DNA of 64,000 nucleotides from Bacteroidales bacterium (GTDB lineage Bacteria; Bacteroidota; Bacteroidia; Bacteroidales; JAADJA01): NCBI GenBank assembly GCA_030596605.1, contig JAUVJI010000003.1, positions 3,346 to 67,345 of the forward strand, read 5' to 3'. Shown piece by piece: positions 61,239 to 64,000 of this stretch (position 1 is its first letter; each line of letters starts with the position of its first letter). The notes under the pieces were generated by a model. It saw only the letters and a program-made list of their open reading frames with translations, ran no database searches and was not told where the DNA came from. The position numbers and the translations under genes were made by a program.

Positions 61239-63461
61239 TTAATTTTCTACCGAAATTTCTTTTTCTGTCTTTTCAATTATTTCTTTTTCAGGAATCGGTC
61301 TTTTTGCAGCAACTATGGTCATTTCATCAACTAGTCTTTTGGCTCCTGCAAATTTATCAATGATAAACAGCACATAACGTATATCAACATTAATGGTGCG
61401 TTGTAATTCCGGTTCAAAGGCAATATCACCGCTCATAGCTTCCCAGTTCCCGTCAAAAGCCAAACCAATCAATTCGCCATTTCCATTGATAACCGGGCTG
61501 CCTGAATTTCCACCTGTGATATCATGATCTGTCAGAAAACAAAGTTTCATTACATCGCCTTCACCATATTTTCCATAATCCTTGTTTTGATATAATTCTT
61601 TCAGCTTTTCAGGCACAACAAACTCCCAGTTATCAGGATCTTCTTTTTCCATTACTCCCTTCAGCGTAGTATAATAATTAAAATGCACAGCATCTTCGGG
61701 ATAATAATCAAGTACACGACCGTAAGTTAATCGCATGGTAAAATTGGCATCGGGGTAGAATTTTTTATCCGGATTCATCTCTCTTAATCCGGCAACAAAC
61801 AACCTATTTCCCTTGTCAAGCAAAGAATTTGCTTCCGCCATAGGATCTTCGACAGTTGGTTCATAAAAATCATTAAATGCTGCAATTATTTTAAATGCAG
61901 GATCTTTTTCGATGGTTTTTGCTGATGGATTATCCAATATTGCATCAACTTTTTCGCGGCTAACAAAATTTGATTTGACAAAAATATCTTCTGAATATGA
62001 TGTAAAATTTCCTTTGTATTTAGATGCTAATTTTTTAAAATAATCAGGTTGTTGATATTCAGGTACATTTTTAGCGTACATTTCGAGTACGGCAGCCAAC
62101 ATTTTCTGATCTGTTGAAACATTGTAATCTTTAAAATACGCGTCCAGTCGTCCTTTAATTCCTTCTATGATTTGATCAATATTTTCCTGATCTGCATCTT
62201 TATTGATTAATTCATCCCTTAAATCAGTAAATCGATCAGCCAATCCCAAAATCTCACTTCCCCTTGTAATGGCCTCTCTTTGATATATGCCAGCCACTTG
62301 TAAATCTGACAATTTTTTATATGCTTCAGCAATATAATTCAATGCTTCACCGTATTTATCTTTTCGTGATTGATCAGCATTGACCCAATATGTAAAATCT
62401 TCCTCCAGTTTCAGTTTTTTATCATAAACTTTCAATTTCTTAAGGCCTTTAGACTGACCAATGTAGTATTTCCAATAGTTGGCCAAACGGGCATATTTTG
62501 TAGCATATTTTATTCTGATCTCTGGATCGGACTGCATATCCTCCATCATAACATTTAATTTTTTATCACGGATTGCAATAAACGCAGGACTAAAAATATC
62601 CAATATCATTTTTACACCATAGGATGTCATATAACGATCGGTTCCGCCAGGATAACCCAATATCATTGAAAAATCATTCTTTTTTACTCCAGCCAAAGAA
62701 ACAGGCAAATGATACTTGGGTTTCATTGGAATATTATCTTCAGAATATTCAGCAGGATTACCATCTTTATCTGTATAAACCCTAAACATGGAAAAGTCGC
62801 CGGTATGACGAGGCCACATCCAGTTATCTGTATCAGCCCCAAATTTACCTATTGATGAAGGTGGCGCACCAACCAGTCGAACATCCTTAAAAACTTCATA
62901 AACAAAAAGGTAATATTCATTCCCCTCAAAAAAGCTACGAACAGAGCACTTATAATGTGTTTCTCCTTTAGCTTCTTTCTCAATTTCATCAGCGACAGTT
63001 TTAATGTTTTCTGCTCTTTCTTCTTCAGTCATATCTAATGTCACCTCAGCAAGCATCTTTTCAGTCACATCTTCAATTCGTATTAGAAATCTTGTATTCA
63101 GTCCGGGATTTGGCAATTCATCTTCAAAATTCTCTGCCCAAAAACCATCGGAAAGGTAGTCATGCTCAAGTGAAGAATGAGCCTGAATACGGCCATATCC
63201 ACAATGATGGTTGGTTAAGAGTAATCCCTGGTCGGATATAATTTCACTTGTACATCCTCTTCCGAAAATAGCAATTGCGTCTTTTAAACTTGAATTATTA
63301 ATGCTGTAAATTTCCTCTGCCGTTAATTGCAGACCCATTTTTTGCATATCAACATAATTCAGGCGCTCAATAAAAATCGGCAACCACATTCCTTCATCAG
63401 ATTTTGCTATTGGTTGAAATCCAATAATTAATACCAAAAAACTTAAAATTCTTAATTTCAT
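61239..63461 (-). CDS. dpp7: S46 family dipeptidyl peptidase, DPP7-like
   Basis: DEGMW, TNHHC, DNWMWPRHTGD and TGGNSGSPV motifs; FDGNWE (Gly, where DPP11 has Arg). Confidence 0.88.
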   Translation of the reverse strand: MKLRILSFLVLIIGFQPIAKSDEGMWLPIFIERLNYVDMQKMGLQLTAEEIYSINNSSLKDAIAIFGRGCTSEIISDQGLLLTNHHCGYGRIQAHSSLEHDYLSDGFWAENFEDELPNPGLNTRFLIRIEDVTEKMLAEVTLDMTEEERAENIKTVADEIEKEAKGETHYKCSVRSFFEGNEYYLFVYEVFKDVRLVGAPPSSIGKFGADTDNWMWPRHTGDFSMFRVYTDKDGNPAEYSEDNIPMKPKYHLPVSLAGVKKNDFSMILGYPGGTDRYMTSYGVKMILDIFSPAFIAIRDKKLNVMMEDMQSDPEIRIKYATKYARLANYWKYYIGQSKGLKKLKVYDKKLKLEEDFTYWVNADQSRKDKYGEALNYIAEAYKKLSDLQVAGIYQREAITRGSEILGLADRFTDLRDELINKDADQENIDQIIEGIKGRLDAYFKDYNVSTDQKMLAAVLEMYAKNVPEYQQPDYFKKLASKYKGNFTSYSEDIFVKSNFVSREKVDAILDNPSAKTIEKDPAFKIIAAFNDFYEPTVEDPMAEANSLLDKGNRLFVAGLREMNPDKKFYPDANFTMRLTYGRVLDYYPEDAVHFNYYTTLKGVMEKEDPDNWEFVVPEKLKELYQNKDYGKYGEGDVMKLCFLTDHDITGGNSGSPVINGNGELIGLAFDGNWEAMSGDIAFEPELQRTINVDIRYVLFIIDKFAGAKRLVDEMTIVAAKRPIPEKEIIEKTEKEISVEN

Positions 63462-63567
63462 AATTTTACTATTTTAATTTAATGATAAAATGCTTAAAAG
63501 TTTCTATTGCTGAAAAAATCAGCCATATTTTAGCATTTTCTCATTTCATTCTTTTCGCATTGTCTAT

Positions 63568-63999
63568 CTAAACAAACTTTTCTCCCTTTTCAATCTTCAC
63601 TGCATTTACAATATCACGAATATTTTGTTCATCTTCTTTTTTACAAATCAACAATACACCTTCATCTTCAACTACAATATAATCGTTAAGTCCCTGTAAT
63701 ACAACCAATTTGTCTTCAGGCATATTTACAATGCATTCTTTTGAATTAAATGCCATTACATTTTTACCAACTATAGCATTGTTGTTTTCATCTTTTTGCC
63801 TGATATCAAATAAAGAACCCCAGGTCCCCAGATCGGACCATCCAAAATCAGAAGCAAGAACATAAACATTATCAGCTTTTTCCATTACACCATAATCAAT
63901 GGATATATTCCTACAAACAGAAAAAGTTCGGTTTATAAACTCCTGCTCTTTATCAGTGCCGTATTTTCCTGCCCCTTCCATAAATAAATTTCCAACTTC
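63568..63999 (-). CDS. Mannose-1-phosphate guanylyltransferase, C-terminal part (5' end outside the window)
   Basis: ISIDYGVMEKA and FGWSDLGTWGSL motifs. Confidence 0.9.
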   Translation of the reverse strand, partial: EVGNLFMEGAGKYGTDKEQEFINRTFSVCRNISIDYGVMEKADNVYVLASDFGWSDLGTWGSLFDIRQKDENNNAIVGKNVMAFNSKECIVNMPEDKLVVLQGLNDYIVVEDEGVLLICKKEDEQNIRDIVNAVKIEKGEKFV

Positions 64000-64000
64000 A

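Overview
Chromosomal window from an AT-rich Bacteroidota genome, probably Bacteroidales: TAnnTTTG promoters and a complete porP-gldKLMN type IX secretion (T9SS) operon are visible. Housekeeping genes include leuS, glyQS, recG, pheT, a sigma54 activator-lptE-secG-groES-groEL block, an S46 dipeptidyl peptidase and an alpha-2-macroglobulin. They are interrupted by accessory blocks of large T9SS cargo genes. Main observations: (1) three giant secreted proteins share one roughly 850-900 aa beta-helix + helical + CTD chassis but carry different N-terminal enzymes (gingipain-like C25, metallophosphoesterase, subtilase), and both loci end in a roughly 530 aa repeat-protein partner; (2) a single secreted-protein gene is bracketed by two direct copies of a 56-bp GC-rich hairpin, giving a cassette-like unit without attC consensus; (3) the phosphoesterase gene is split by a -1 frameshift; (4) a junction scar fuses an antitoxin-like remnant to an orphan CTD fragment; (5) the subtilase gene has a structured leader with a uORF and SD/anti-SD pairing; (6) stand-alone SIR2-like and ERCC4/XPF-like genes are present. 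No rRNA, tRNA, CRISPR array, transposase, integrase or reverse transcriptase was recognised. All assignments come from reading motifs by eye; no database search was run.
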